The position numbers and the translations under genes were made by a program. Shown here one piece after another: positions 8,961 through 17,947 of a DNA stretch of 26,603 nucleotides. The DNA lies in NCBI GenBank assembly GCA_913054565.1, contig CAJXHW010000001.1, positions 1-26,603 of the forward strand, written 5' to 3'. Position 1 is the first letter of the stretch. The number at the start of each line of letters is the position of its first letter. This DNA comes from an uncultured Kordia sp. (GTDB lineage: Bacteria > Bacteroidota > Bacteroidia > Flavobacteriales > Flavobacteriaceae). The notes below the pieces were generated by a model that was not told the DNA's origin, searched no databases, and saw only the letters and a program-made list of their open reading frames with translations.

Positions 8961-9803
8961 CAATCCTAACCAAAAAACAGGAATTCCTTCAACAAAAAAA
9001 CTAGCGTAGTATTTTGATTGTTTTTCAGTAGCAAACACTAAAAACAAGACACTTATTACAAACACCAAAGGCAACACTAACAGATTAACTTCTAACACTT
9101 CATCTTTAAAAAATTCAAGACACAAAAAAAGCATAGCTAGCAAAAAACCATAAAGTTTTGTGTTTATTACCCCCACCCGCTGTGGCATAGTTCCTAAAGA
9201 GATATCATCTACTTGTAAATCCCTTATCTCAAAAGGCAAAATTAACAATACTACAAAAATTAAACGTTGTACAAATGTTAACAAAACATCTGTAGATATC
9301 TCAACTCCATATTCATACAACGGAAACAACACTGTAACAAAAGCCCACACAAACCCTACTACGTAAATTTTTACACCAGAAATTGCCCGTAATGACTTTC
9401 TTCTAAAAGATATTGCGTAAAAAAAGGTTAGCGCCATAGGAATTAGTAATATAAATAAGCTGTTTAAATGCAATACAAATAATAAATAAATACATAGCAC
9501 TGCAGCAAACATGGTCATTATCCAAACTATTTTTTTTGATAATAAAAAGTGTTGGCGCCTATTTTTCAACTGAAAAAGCTGCAGGTCTAACTTAGCATCT
9601 CTTAAAAGCTTCAGGTTCTCTTTTTCAAAATATTTTACAAAATTATACCCTACTATGGTTCCTGAAAAAATCAGCAATAACAACGGATAATTTACAATAA
9701 CATTATGATTGATACAGGTAATAACCACCAATGCGCATACTGAAAGAGCTACCCAAATACTTGAATTTATAAAAAAATCGAATATATTTTTTACCGCTTT
9801 CAT
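8946..9803 (-). CDS. UbiA-prenyltransferase-like integral membrane protein
   Basis: 285 aa with about 8 hydrophobic helices. LR.I.G.KIY..GFVW and LPFEIRDLQVDD..LGTMPQRVG resemble the second acidic motif region of the UbiA superfamily. Confidence 0.6.
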   Translation of the reverse strand: MKAVKNIFDFFINSSIWVALSVCALVVITCINHNVIVNYPLLLLIFSGTIVGYNFVKYFEKENLKLLRDAKLDLQLFQLKNRRQHFLLSKKIVWIMTMFAAVLCIYLLFVLHLNSLFILLIPMALTFFYAISFRRKSLRAISGVKIYVVGFVWAFVTVLFPLYEYGVEISTDVLLTFVQRLIFVVLLILPFEIRDLQVDDISLGTMPQRVGVINTKLYGFLLAMLFLCLEFFKDEVLEVNLLVLPLVFVISVLFLVFATEKQSKYYASFFVEGIPVFWLGLLLIL

Positions 9804-9934
9804 CGTGTAAAAGTAATCTTATATTTTCAGAAAGTTATACTGTAGCTAAAATCATGAACTAAACTGTTAACAACCATTGTTTTTAGTTGGTAATTTTTGA
9901 CAAAATAGTACTCTTAAATATCAGAATAAAGCCG

Positions 9935-9942
9935 TACTTTTG
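9935..9942 (+). promoter_or_regulatory. Bacteroidota -7 promoter element for gcvP
   Basis: TACTTTTG exact TAnnTTTG match, 43 nt upstream of the gcvP ATG. Confidence 0.65.
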
Positions 9943-9985
9943 CCATCATTTATTTGTTAAATAACACAACGCAACATAATTAACG

Positions 9986-12829
9986 ATGAAAACAGATTCA
10001 TTTCAATTAAGACATATTGGTCCAAGTCCAAAGGATCGTGAAACAATTTTAAAAACTATTGGTGTAGATAGCTTAGACCAACTAGTTTATGAAACTATTC
10101 CAGACGATATTCGTTTAAAAAATGATTTAGATTTACCTCCTGCACTGAGTGAATATGAATACTTAAATCATATCCAAAAATTATCAACTAAAAATAGCGT
10201 CTTTAAAACCTACATTGGGCTAGGGTATCATGAAGCTGTTGTACCAAGTGTTATTCAACGCAATATTTTGGAAAACCCAGGTTGGTATACAGCCTACACT
10301 CCTTACCAAGCAGAAATTGCTCAAGGAAGATTAGAAGCTTTATTAAATTACCAAACCATGGTAGTTGATTTAACAGGGATGGAATTAGCTAACGCTTCAT
10401 TATTAGATGAAGGTACTGCAGCAGCAGAAGCTATGGCATTATTATTTGACGTTCGTGAACGCGCTCAGAAAAAAGCTAATGTGAATAAGTTTTTTGTTTC
10501 TGAAGAAATTCTACCTCAAACTTTATCAGTTTTACAAACCAGAGCTACACCTGTTGGAATTGAGTTAGTGGTTGGAAACCATGAAGAATTTGACTTTTCT
10601 GAAGAGTTTTTTGGTGCTATTTTACAATACCCTGGAAAACATGGTGAGGTTTATGATTATGTCAATTTTGTTAAAAATGCAAATACTAATAATATCAAAG
10701 TTGCCGTAGCGGCAGATATTTTATCTTTAGTAAAATTACAAGCGCCAGGTGAATTTGGAGCTGATGTTGTTGTTGGTACAACTCAACGCTTTGGTATTCC
10801 ACTAGGATATGGTGGACCACATGCAGGGTATTTTGCTACAAAAGAAAAATACAAAAGAAGTATTCCCGGTCGTATTATTGGAGTAACACAAGATAAAGAT
10901 GGAGGGCGCGCCTTACGTATGGCATTGCAAACTCGTGAACAACACATTAAACGTGAAAAAGCAACATCAAATATCTGTACTGCTCAAGTACTATTGGCAG
11001 TAATGGCTGGTATGTATGCTGTATTTCATGGTAAAGAAGGACTGCAATACATTGCAAATAAAGTTCATAACGCCACAGTTACTTTGGCAAATGCATTAAC
11101 AAATTTAGGAGTTGAACAAACAAACACATCGTTTTTTGACACTATAACTTTAGAAGCTCCTGCTGATAAAATTAAACCAATAGCTGAAGCTGCTCAAATC
11201 AACTTCAATTATATTGATGCGAATACCATTTCTATTTCACTAAACGAAACAGTAAGTATTGCAGATATCAATGCTATTATTGAAGTATTTACAACTGCTT
11301 TAAACATCAAACCAACAACAGTAACTGAATTTATTGGAACAGATGCTATTGCAACCAATTTATTAAGAAACACATCATTTTTAGATAATGAGGTCTTTAA
11401 CACGTACCATTCAGAAACTGAAATGATGCGTTATATTAAGAAATTAGAGCGTAAAGATTTATCTTTAAACCACTCAATGATTTCTTTAGGATCATGCACA
11501 ATGAAGCTGAATGCAGCATCAGAAATGCTACCATTAAGTAATCCAAACTGGGGAAACATTCACCCATTTGTACCGTTAAACCAAGCTCAAGGTTACCAAG
11601 AAGTTCTTAAAAACTTAGAGCACCAATTAAATGTAATAACAGGTTTTGCAGGAACATCATTACAACCAAATTCTGGAGCACAAGGAGAATTAGCAGGTTT
11701 AATGGTTATTAGAGCATACCATGAGTCTAGAAATGATCATCATAGAAACATTTGCTTAATTCCTTCTTCTGCACACGGTACTAATCCTGCTTCTGCAGTA
11801 ATGGCCGGAATGAAAGTTGTTGTTACCAAAACAGATGATAAAGGAAATATTGATGTAGAAGATTTACGTGAAAAAGCAATTTTACATAAAGACAATCTTT
11901 CAGCGTTAATGGTTACTTACCCATCTACACACGGTGTGTTTGAAAAAGCAATTTGTGAAATCACAAAAATTATTCATGATAACGGTGGACAAGTTTATAT
12001 GGATGGCGCAAACATGAATGCACAGGTTGGATTAACCAACCCAGCAACTATTGGTGCAGATGTTTGTCACTTAAACTTACATAAAACATTTGCTATACCA
12101 CATGGTGGTGGTGGACCAGGAGTAGGACCAATTTGTGTGGCACCACAGCTAGTACCTTTCTTACCTACAAATCCAATTATAACTACTGGAGGTAACCAAG
12201 CTATTACAGCTATTTCTGCCGCTCCTTGGGGGTCAGCATTAGCCTGTTTAATTTCTTACGGATACATTACCATGTTAGGCCCTAATGGATTGAAAAACTC
12301 AACCATGAATGCTATATTAAACGCCAACTATATCAAAGAACGCTTAAGTGGTCATTTCGACACCTTATATACTGGTGAAATGGGACGTGCTGCTCATGAA
12401 ATGATTATTGACTGTAGAGCGTACAAACAAAACGGAATTGAAGCTGGTGATATAGCAAAACGTTTAATGGATTATGGTTTTCATGCACCAACAGTATCCT
12501 TTCCTGTTGCTGGAACAATTATGATAGAACCAACAGAATCAGAAAATTTAGCCGAGTTAGATCGTTTCTGTGACGCTTTAATTTCTATTAGAAAAGAAAT
12601 TGCAGAAGCTACAACAGATAACCCTAACAACCCTTTAAAAAATGCGCCACATACTCAAGAAATGTTAACTGCAGATGAATGGAATTTACCATACTCAAGA
12701 AAGCAGGCAGCATTTCCTTTAGAATATATTACAGAAAATAAATTCTGGCCTACAGTACGTAGAGTAGACGATGCCTATGGTGATAGAAATTTAATCTGTA
12801 GCTGTATTGGTATTGAAGCTTATGCCTAA
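9986..12829 (+). CDS. gcvP: Glycine dehydrogenase (decarboxylating), single-chain P protein
   Basis: 947 aa. [53 protein letters not shown] lysine in [25 protein letters not shown]-terminus. Confidence 0.98.
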   Translation: MKTDSFQLRHIGPSPKDRETILKTIGVDSLDQLVYETIPDDIRLKNDLDLPPALSEYEYLNHIQKLSTKNSVFKTYIGLGYHEAVVPSVIQRNILENPGWYTAYTPYQAEIAQGRLEALLNYQTMVVDLTGMELANASLLDEGTAAAEAMALLFDVRERAQKKANVNKFFVSEEILPQTLSVLQTRATPVGIELVVGNHEEFDFSEEFFGAILQYPGKHGEVYDYVNFVKNANTNNIKVAVAADILSLVKLQAPGEFGADVVVGTTQRFGIPLGYGGPHAGYFATKEKYKRSIPGRIIGVTQDKDGGRALRMALQTREQHIKREKATSNICTAQVLLAVMAGMYAVFHGKEGLQYIANKVHNATVTLANALTNLGVEQTNTSFFDTITLEAPADKIKPIAEAAQINFNYIDANTISISLNETVSIADINAIIEVFTTALNIKPTTVTEFIGTDAIATNLLRNTSFLDNEVFNTYHSETEMMRYIKKLERKDLSLNHSMISLGSCTMKLNAASEMLPLSNPNWGNIHPFVPLNQAQGYQEVLKNLEHQLNVITGFAGTSLQPNSGAQGELAGLMVIRAYHESRNDHHRNICLIPSSAHGTNPASAVMAGMKVVVTKTDDKGNIDVEDLREKAILHKDNLSALMVTYPSTHGVFEKAICEITKIIHDNGGQVYMDGANMNAQVGLTNPATIGADVCHLNLHKTFAIPHGGGGPGVGPICVAPQLVPFLPTNPIITTGGNQAITAISAAPWGSALACLISYGYITMLGPNGLKNSTMNAILNANYIKERLSGHFDTLYTGEMGRAAHEMIIDCRAYKQNGIEAGDIAKRLMDYGFHAPTVSFPVAGTIMIEPTESENLAELDRFCDALISIRKEIAEATTDNPNNPLKNAPHTQEMLTADEWNLPYSRKQAAFPLEYITENKFWPTVRRVDDAYGDRNLICSCIGIEAYA

Positions 12830-12855
12830 ATAGAGTATCCAAAACATTTATAATT

Positions 12856-12894
12856 AAAGACCTCATAATATAAAGCTATTATGAGGTCTTTTTT
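12856..12894 (+). terminator. Intrinsic terminator after gcvP
   Basis: Perfect 15-bp stem AAAGACCTCATAATA / TATTATGAGGTCTTT with 6-nt loop, running into a T tract. Confidence 0.9.
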
Positions 12895-13010
12895 CGTTTT
12901 TATACACTTCATAAACTGTTAATATCATAAAAATATGGCTTTATACCACTAAACAAAGATATACTCCATATATATTAAGTAACTTGTACCTCAATTTTTT
13001 AGAGAAGAAT

Positions 13011-14069
13011 ATGCATATCAAAATAACCGGAACAGGATCGTACATCCCTAATGTAGTAAAGAAGAACGCCGATTTTAATCAGCATCAGTTTTTAAATGAA
13101 GATGGATCAGCTTTTAAGCAAACTAATGACATCATTATTAAAAAATTTAAAGCTATAACTGGTATTGAAGAAAGACGGTATGCCAACCCACAATTAAACA
13201 CCTCTGACTTAGGTTTTTATGCTGCTAACAAAGCAATTTCTGACGCAAAAATTGACCCTGAAAAACTAGACTATATTATAGTTGCAAGTAACTATGGCGA
13301 TGTAAAACATGGAAATATACAATGTGACACAGTACCAAGTATAGGGTCTAGAATTAAACATAAGTTAGGAATTAAAAACCCTAATTGCATTGCCTATGAC
13401 ATGCTTTTTGGTTGTCCTGGATGGGTACAAGGTATAATTCACGCTCAAGGATTCATGAAAGCAGGTATGGCAAAAAAATGTCTAGTTATAGGTGCTGAAA
13501 CTTTATCAAGAGTAGTTGATCATTCTGATAGAGACTCAATGATTTATTCCGATGGTGCGGGCGCAACTATTTTAGAAATTTCAGAAAATGAAAATGGTAT
13601 ACTCTCACATGAAGCTGCAAGCCATACATTTGCCGAGGCTGATTATATTAACTTTGGTGAGAGCTACAACAAGCATGATAATTCCGGAACCCGATTCATT
13701 AAAATGAAAGGGCGTAAGATTTATGAATTCGCACTAACAAACGTTCCATTGGCCATGAAATCTTGTCTTGATAAAAGTGGTATTAGCATAAAAGACCTTA
13801 AGAAAATTTTCATCCATCAAGCTAACGAAAAAATGGATGAAGCTATTATTGAACGATTTTATAAGTTATATGACTTAGACACTCCTAAAGACATTATGCC
13901 AATGTGCATAAATGAGTTTGGAAATAGCTCAGTTGCTACCATTCCTACATTATATGACATTGTTTTAAAAGAAAACTTTAAAAACCATAAACTAAATAAG
14001 GGTGATATTATATTATTTGCAAGTGTTGGTGCCGGTATGAATATTAATGCCTTTGTATACCAATACTAA
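13011..14069 (+). CDS. fabH: Beta-ketoacyl-ACP synthase III (FabH family)
   Basis: ITGTGSYIP, TGIEERR, catalytic triad Cys (FGCPGW), His (IHQAN), Asn (FGNSS), ASVGAGM. ATG 13011 preferred over the track's TTG 12984 because the family N-terminus (IKITGTGSY) begins there. Confidence 0.88.
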   Translation: MHIKITGTGSYIPNVVKKNADFNQHQFLNEDGSAFKQTNDIIIKKFKAITGIEERRYANPQLNTSDLGFYAANKAISDAKIDPEKLDYIIVASNYGDVKHGNIQCDTVPSIGSRIKHKLGIKNPNCIAYDMLFGCPGWVQGIIHAQGFMKAGMAKKCLVIGAETLSRVVDHSDRDSMIYSDGAGATILEISENENGILSHEAASHTFAEADYINFGESYNKHDNSGTRFIKMKGRKIYEFALTNVPLAMKSCLDKSGISIKDLKKIFIHQANEKMDEAIIERFYKLYDLDTPKDIMPMCINEFGNSSVATIPTLYDIVLKENFKNHKLNKGDIILFASVGAGMNINAFVYQY

Positions 14070-14142
14070 TTCTTCATTTAAATAACCAAAAGGTTTAAGT
14101 TATTTAATGTTTCTTTGTTATACATTTTATAACTAACAAAAA

Positions 14143-14922
14143 ATGACTATTGCAATTATAGGTGGCGGTAACTTAGGTAAATCTATCGCACAAGGATTAT
14201 TAGAAAATGATTTTGTAGCCAACAAAATTACTGTAACTCGTAATAAAATTAATCTTTTATCAGACTTAAAAAACCAAGGCATACAAGTAAGTAATAACAA
14301 TATTAAAGCAGCTGAAAATGCTCAAATCATTATAATTGCTGTTAAGCCATACAAAATAACAGAAGTGTTACAGAACATAAACCCGGTAATTACATCTGAT
14401 AAAATAATCGTTTCAGTTGTCAGTGATTATTCTATAACTCAAATTGAAGATCATTTAAAAAACATCCCTTCAATCATAAGAGCAATGCCAAATACAGCTG
14501 CAGGTGTAAACGAATCTATGACTTGTTTAGCCAGTAATAATGCAACTCTTGAAGACATGTCTGTAGTTACCAATATCTTTAATTCTTTAGGAGAAACCAT
14601 TGAAATTAACGAAGCATTAATGGATGCAGCCACCGTTTTAGGTGCTTGTGGTATTGCTTATGTATTGCGTTTTATACGTGGAATGATTCAAGGTGGTATT
14701 GAAATAGGTTTTGATGCCCAAACTGCAACACAAATAGCAACACAAACTGTTAAAGGCGCTAGTGAATTGTTACTACAAAAAGGCAATCATCCTGAAGCAG
14801 AAATTGACAAAGTAACAACTCCTAAAGGTTGTACTATAGCTGGCTTAAATGAAATGGAACACCAAGGATTTAGTTCTGCTTTAATTAAAGGAATTAAAAC
14901 ATCATTTGATAGTATTTCTTAA
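14143..14922 (+). CDS. proC: Pyrroline-5-carboxylate reductase
   Basis: IAIIGGGNLG, IIAVKP, IRAMPNT, VTTPKGCTIAGLNEME. Confidence 0.94.
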   Translation: MTIAIIGGGNLGKSIAQGLLENDFVANKITVTRNKINLLSDLKNQGIQVSNNNIKAAENAQIIIIAVKPYKITEVLQNINPVITSDKIIVSVVSDYSITQIEDHLKNIPSIIRAMPNTAAGVNESMTCLASNNATLEDMSVVTNIFNSLGETIEINEALMDAATVLGACGIAYVLRFIRGMIQGGIEIGFDAQTATQIATQTVKGASELLLQKGNHPEAEIDKVTTPKGCTIAGLNEMEHQGFSSALIKGIKTSFDSIS

Positions 14923-14980
14923 TAAATTACAACTAATTAAGTTTACAGAACACTTCTTCTTAATTAAATGAAAAAAAGAG

Positions 14981-14988
14981 TAATTTTG
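14981..14988 (+). promoter_or_regulatory. Putative -7 promoter element 5 nt before the methyltransferase start
   Basis: TAATTTTG exact TAnnTTTG match; ATG at 14994. Confidence 0.5.
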
Positions 14989-14993
14989 ATATC

Positions 14994-15518
14994 ATGTACG
15001 AAAACACATTCCCAAATAAACGTTACAAACACACTATTGAATTTTTAGAAAAACACATTTCTAAAGACACTGATATTTTAGATTTAGGAGTTGAAAACCC
15101 TTTTTCTAAAATAATGAAAGAGCGTGGGTTTAATGTTAAAAATACAACTGGAGAAGACTTAGATACAAATCACGATACATTACTCAACGAAAACTATACT
15201 GTAACAACTGCTTTTGAAATTTTTGAACATTTATTAGCGCCTTTAGAGATTTTAAAAACATTAAAAGGAAATCAATTAGTAGTCTCTATACCATTACGCT
15301 TATGGTTTTCTTCTGCTTACAGAAGTAAAACCGATAAGTGGGATAGACATTATCATGAATTTGAAGATTGGCAATTTGATTGGTTGTTAGAAAAAGCAGG
15401 ATGGCAAATTGTAGCCCGTGAAAAGTTTACGAATCCAGTTAAAAAAATTGGAGTTAGGCCATTACTCAGAGCGTTTACGCCTAGGTATTATCTAATATAT
15501 GCCAAACGAATACACTAG
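14994..15518 (+). CDS. Compact class I SAM-dependent methyltransferase-like protein
   Basis: ILDLG motif I (degenerate after Gly), FEIFEHL..P, LVVSIP, HYHEF, LLEKAGW, as in surface-glycan-associated methyltransferases. Confidence 0.7.
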   Translation: MYENTFPNKRYKHTIEFLEKHISKDTDILDLGVENPFSKIMKERGFNVKNTTGEDLDTNHDTLLNENYTVTTAFEIFEHLLAPLEILKTLKGNQLVVSIPLRLWFSSAYRSKTDKWDRHYHEFEDWQFDWLLEKAGWQIVAREKFTNPVKKIGVRPLLRAFTPRYYLIYAKRIH

Positions 15519-15549
15519 AAGCATATCTTGAAATGAAAAATATTTTTTA

Positions 15550-16059
15550 ATGGACTATCATAAAATACCTTCGCCACCAGAAACTACCTCGGCAACAACT
15601 GTGCTAATCAGACTAATTGATGGATTAGCTTTTCGTTACAAATGGACTGTTAATGGCTTAACAGAAACTAATTTAACATTCAAACCATGCAACTCAAGTA
15701 TGAGCATAATTGAGTTACTACATCATATTTATGATTTAACACTCGTAACCAACCAGGTATTAAACAATCTTACAGTAGAGAAAAATAATAAAACTAAATC
15801 TGCAATTTTTTTAACCACCGAAACCTTACATTTATATCGTAAAATTAGCACTAAGCTAAAAAACATGAGTGATACTGATTTAGAAAGATGCATGTTTAAA
15901 CCTAAAAACAACACTGATGAATTTCCATTTTGGAATCTTATTAATGGACCTATAGCAGACAGTTTAACTCACGTAGGTCAAATTACAAGCTGGAGAAGAA
16001 TTGATGGGAATCCAATTGCAAAAATCAATCCATTTCTTGGAGAAAAAATCTCAGAATAA
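15550..16059 (+). CDS. DinB/YfiT-superfamily-like four-helix protein
   Basis: GLTE..L.FKP...SMSI.ELL.HI and D.LTHVGQI..WRR..G.P match the DinB-fold metal-ligand pattern. Confidence 0.65.
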   Translation: MDYHKIPSPPETTSATTVLIRLIDGLAFRYKWTVNGLTETNLTFKPCNSSMSIIELLHHIYDLTLVTNQVLNNLTVEKNNKTKSAIFLTTETLHLYRKISTKLKNMSDTDLERCMFKPKNNTDEFPFWNLINGPIADSLTHVGQITSWRRIDGNPIAKINPFLGEKISE

Positions 16060-16062
16060 CTC

Positions 16063-16914
16063 TTGAATTATTACATTGTCATACCTGCTCATAATGAAGA
16101 TAAGTACATCAGCTTAACTTTAAACAGCATTGTTTCTCAAACGGTGCTTCCTAAAAAAGTTATAGTGGTTAATGACAACTCTACAGACAATACTTCTAAC
16201 CTGATTGAATTTTACACAAAAAAGCATCAATTTATAGAGCAAATAACTATTATTTCTAACAATACTCATTTACCTGGCAGCAAAGTGGTTGAAGCATTTT
16301 ATAAAGGCTACGAATTGTTGGATAATGATTATGACATTATTGTAAAGTTAGATGCCGATATCATACTACCTAACAACTACTTTGAAACATTAATATCCCA
16401 TTTTAAATCTGATAACAGCATTGGAATGGTAGGCGGTTTTGCTTATATCGAAAAAAAAGGCCAATGGGTTTTAGAAAACTTGACCAATAAAGACCATATT
16501 CGCGGCGCTTTTAAAGCCTACAGAAAACAATGTTTTTTAGACATAGGTAAACTAAAACCATCTATGGGTTGGGATACCGTTGATGAACTGTTAGCTCAAT
16601 ACAATAATTGGAAAATAAAAACAGACGAAACACTTATTGTCAAGCATTTAAAACCTACCGGAAGGACATATAACAAAACTGCGCGATACAAACAAGGTGA
16701 AGCTTTTTATAAACTTGGTTATGGAGCTACACTTACATGCATTGCAAGCATTAAATTAGCAGTTTTAAAAAAACAACCATTACTTTTAATAGATTATTTA
16801 AAAGGCTACTATAAAGCATCAAGTAATAAGATTAAAAAGCTTGTTACAAAAGATGAAGCTAAGTTTATAAAAACATTACGCTGGAAAGGAATATGGCGTA
16901 AACTTACCTATTAA
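16063..16914 (+). CDS. Glycosyltransferase family 2
   Basis: TTG start. IVIPAHNE, VVNDNSTDNT, DxD in KLDADI, GWDTVD. Confidence 0.92.
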   Translation: MNYYIVIPAHNEDKYISLTLNSIVSQTVLPKKVIVVNDNSTDNTSNLIEFYTKKHQFIEQITIISNNTHLPGSKVVEAFYKGYELLDNDYDIIVKLDADIILPNNYFETLISHFKSDNSIGMVGGFAYIEKKGQWVLENLTNKDHIRGAFKAYRKQCFLDIGKLKPSMGWDTVDELLAQYNNWKIKTDETLIVKHLKPTGRTYNKTARYKQGEAFYKLGYGATLTCIASIKLAVLKKQPLLLIDYLKGYYKASSNKIKKLVTKDEAKFIKTLRWKGIWRKLTY

Positions 16915-16960
16915 ACATTTCACTTACTACAACAACCTATTTCCTGATTAGTTTTACTAT

Positions 16961-16991
16961 TTTGAAAAGTCGAAAAAAAAAAGTATTTTGT
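16961..16991 (+). promoter_or_regulatory. Putative promoter of the 17015-17899 pair, with an A10 tract in the spacer
   Basis: TTTG(16961-16964)-19 nt-TATTTTGT(16984-16991). The -33 box and spacing fit the Bacteroidota consensus, the -7 box is imperfect. A10 at 16973-16982. Confidence 0.35.
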
Positions 16992-17014
16992 AGACGAACT
17001 AAATATTAAATTTC

Positions 17015-17221
17015 ATGAAACGAACACTAATTTTACTAGCAACATTACCCTTATTTTTTATGTCATGTACTGATAAAAAAGCTGAGGCTGAAAAAAAGAA
17101 GGAAGCAGAAACAACAGAACAAATAGAATCTGTAGAAAAGGACATCGAAAATGTTGTTGACGATGTTGAAAAAGAAGCCAAAGAAATTGAAAGCGAATTA
17201 AAAGAATTAGAAAACCTATAA
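17015..17221 (+). CDS. Small acidic helical lipoprotein, unknown function
   Basis: MKR + hydrophobic core + FFMS-C18 lipobox. The 51-residue mature part has 19 D/E and 9 K with coiled-coil-like periodicity. Confidence 0.8.
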   Translation: MKRTLILLATLPLFFMSCTDKKAEAEKKKEAETTEQIESVEKDIENVVDDVEKEAKEIESELKELENL

Positions 17222-17233
17222 TAATTAGTTACT

Positions 17234-17899
17234 ATGAATCATATAAAATCATTTTTTATTCTAGCATTAGCGCTAGTAATAAATACGAGTTTTGCTCAAG
17301 AAAAAAATATAAAAAAAGAGCATAAAAAACACAAAAAAGAAATGCATCAAAAAAAAGATGAAATGATGCAAAAAAAGGAAGAGCTGAAAGCTCAAAAAGA
17401 AGAGCTAAAGGAAACTAAGCACAAATTAAAAGAAGAATATAAAGCCGAGAAAAGAGCTATATTAAGTGAGCATAAAGAGGTCATGAAAGATATGACACCT
17501 GAACAGCGAAAGGAATACATGGATAAGCACCCTGAGTTAAAAGAGAAAATGAAGGCGCTAAACACAAACATGAAAGAACACAAGGAAAAGTTAAAGACAA
17601 AGCATGTTTCTTATAAAAATAAAAAAGCAGATGCCGCACAACACAGTATAGAAAATAAGAAAGAGCGCTTGGCATATTTTGAACAACGCAGTAAAAATAC
17701 TGAATCAAGAATTGCTGATGCAAAAGATCGTATTGCAAAACAAAAAGAAGCCGGAGAAATTACTGAAGAAGAATACGCTAAAAAGCTTGATAGAATTTCA
17801 GAGATAGAAAAAAGAAACGAAGCTCACCAAGCAAAAATGATTTCTAAAAAAGCATTGCTAGAACAAAAAGAAAAGCAATTAAAACAGCTTGAAAATTAA
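17234..17899 (+). CDS. Exported Lys/Glu/His/Met-rich coiled-coil protein, unknown function
   Basis: Signal peptide ending SFA|Q (Bacteroidota Gln rule). Mature part is highly charged and helical, with MTPEQR (LTxxQ-like) and GEITEEEY (SHOCT-like) motifs. Confidence 0.8.
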   Translation: MNHIKSFFILALALVINTSFAQEKNIKKEHKKHKKEMHQKKDEMMQKKEELKAQKEELKETKHKLKEEYKAEKRAILSEHKEVMKDMTPEQRKEYMDKHPELKEKMKALNTNMKEHKEKLKTKHVSYKNKKADAAQHSIENKKERLAYFEQRSKNTESRIADAKDRIAKQKEAGEITEEEYAKKLDRISEIEKRNEAHQAKMISKKALLEQKEKQLKQLEN

Positions 17900-17903
17900 T
17901 ACT

Positions 17904-17933
17904 AAAAAAAGCCGCTGTTAGCGGCTTTTTTTT
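17904..17933. terminator. Bidirectional intrinsic terminator
   Basis: AAAAAAAGCCGCT-gtt-AGCGGCTTTTTTTT between convergent stops at 17899 and 17948. Confidence 0.9.
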
Positions 17934-17947
17934 CTACATAAATTCTA

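Noticed and set aside
9804..9985. Glycine riboswitch upstream of gcvP
   Set aside because: No GGAGA/CAGG aptamer cores are visible, and the putative leader is only about 40 nt.
17290..17460. Apparent tandem repeats or CRISPR-like periodicity
   Set aside because: Explained by Lys/Glu codon runs in a low-complexity protein. There is no fixed repeat with unique spacers.
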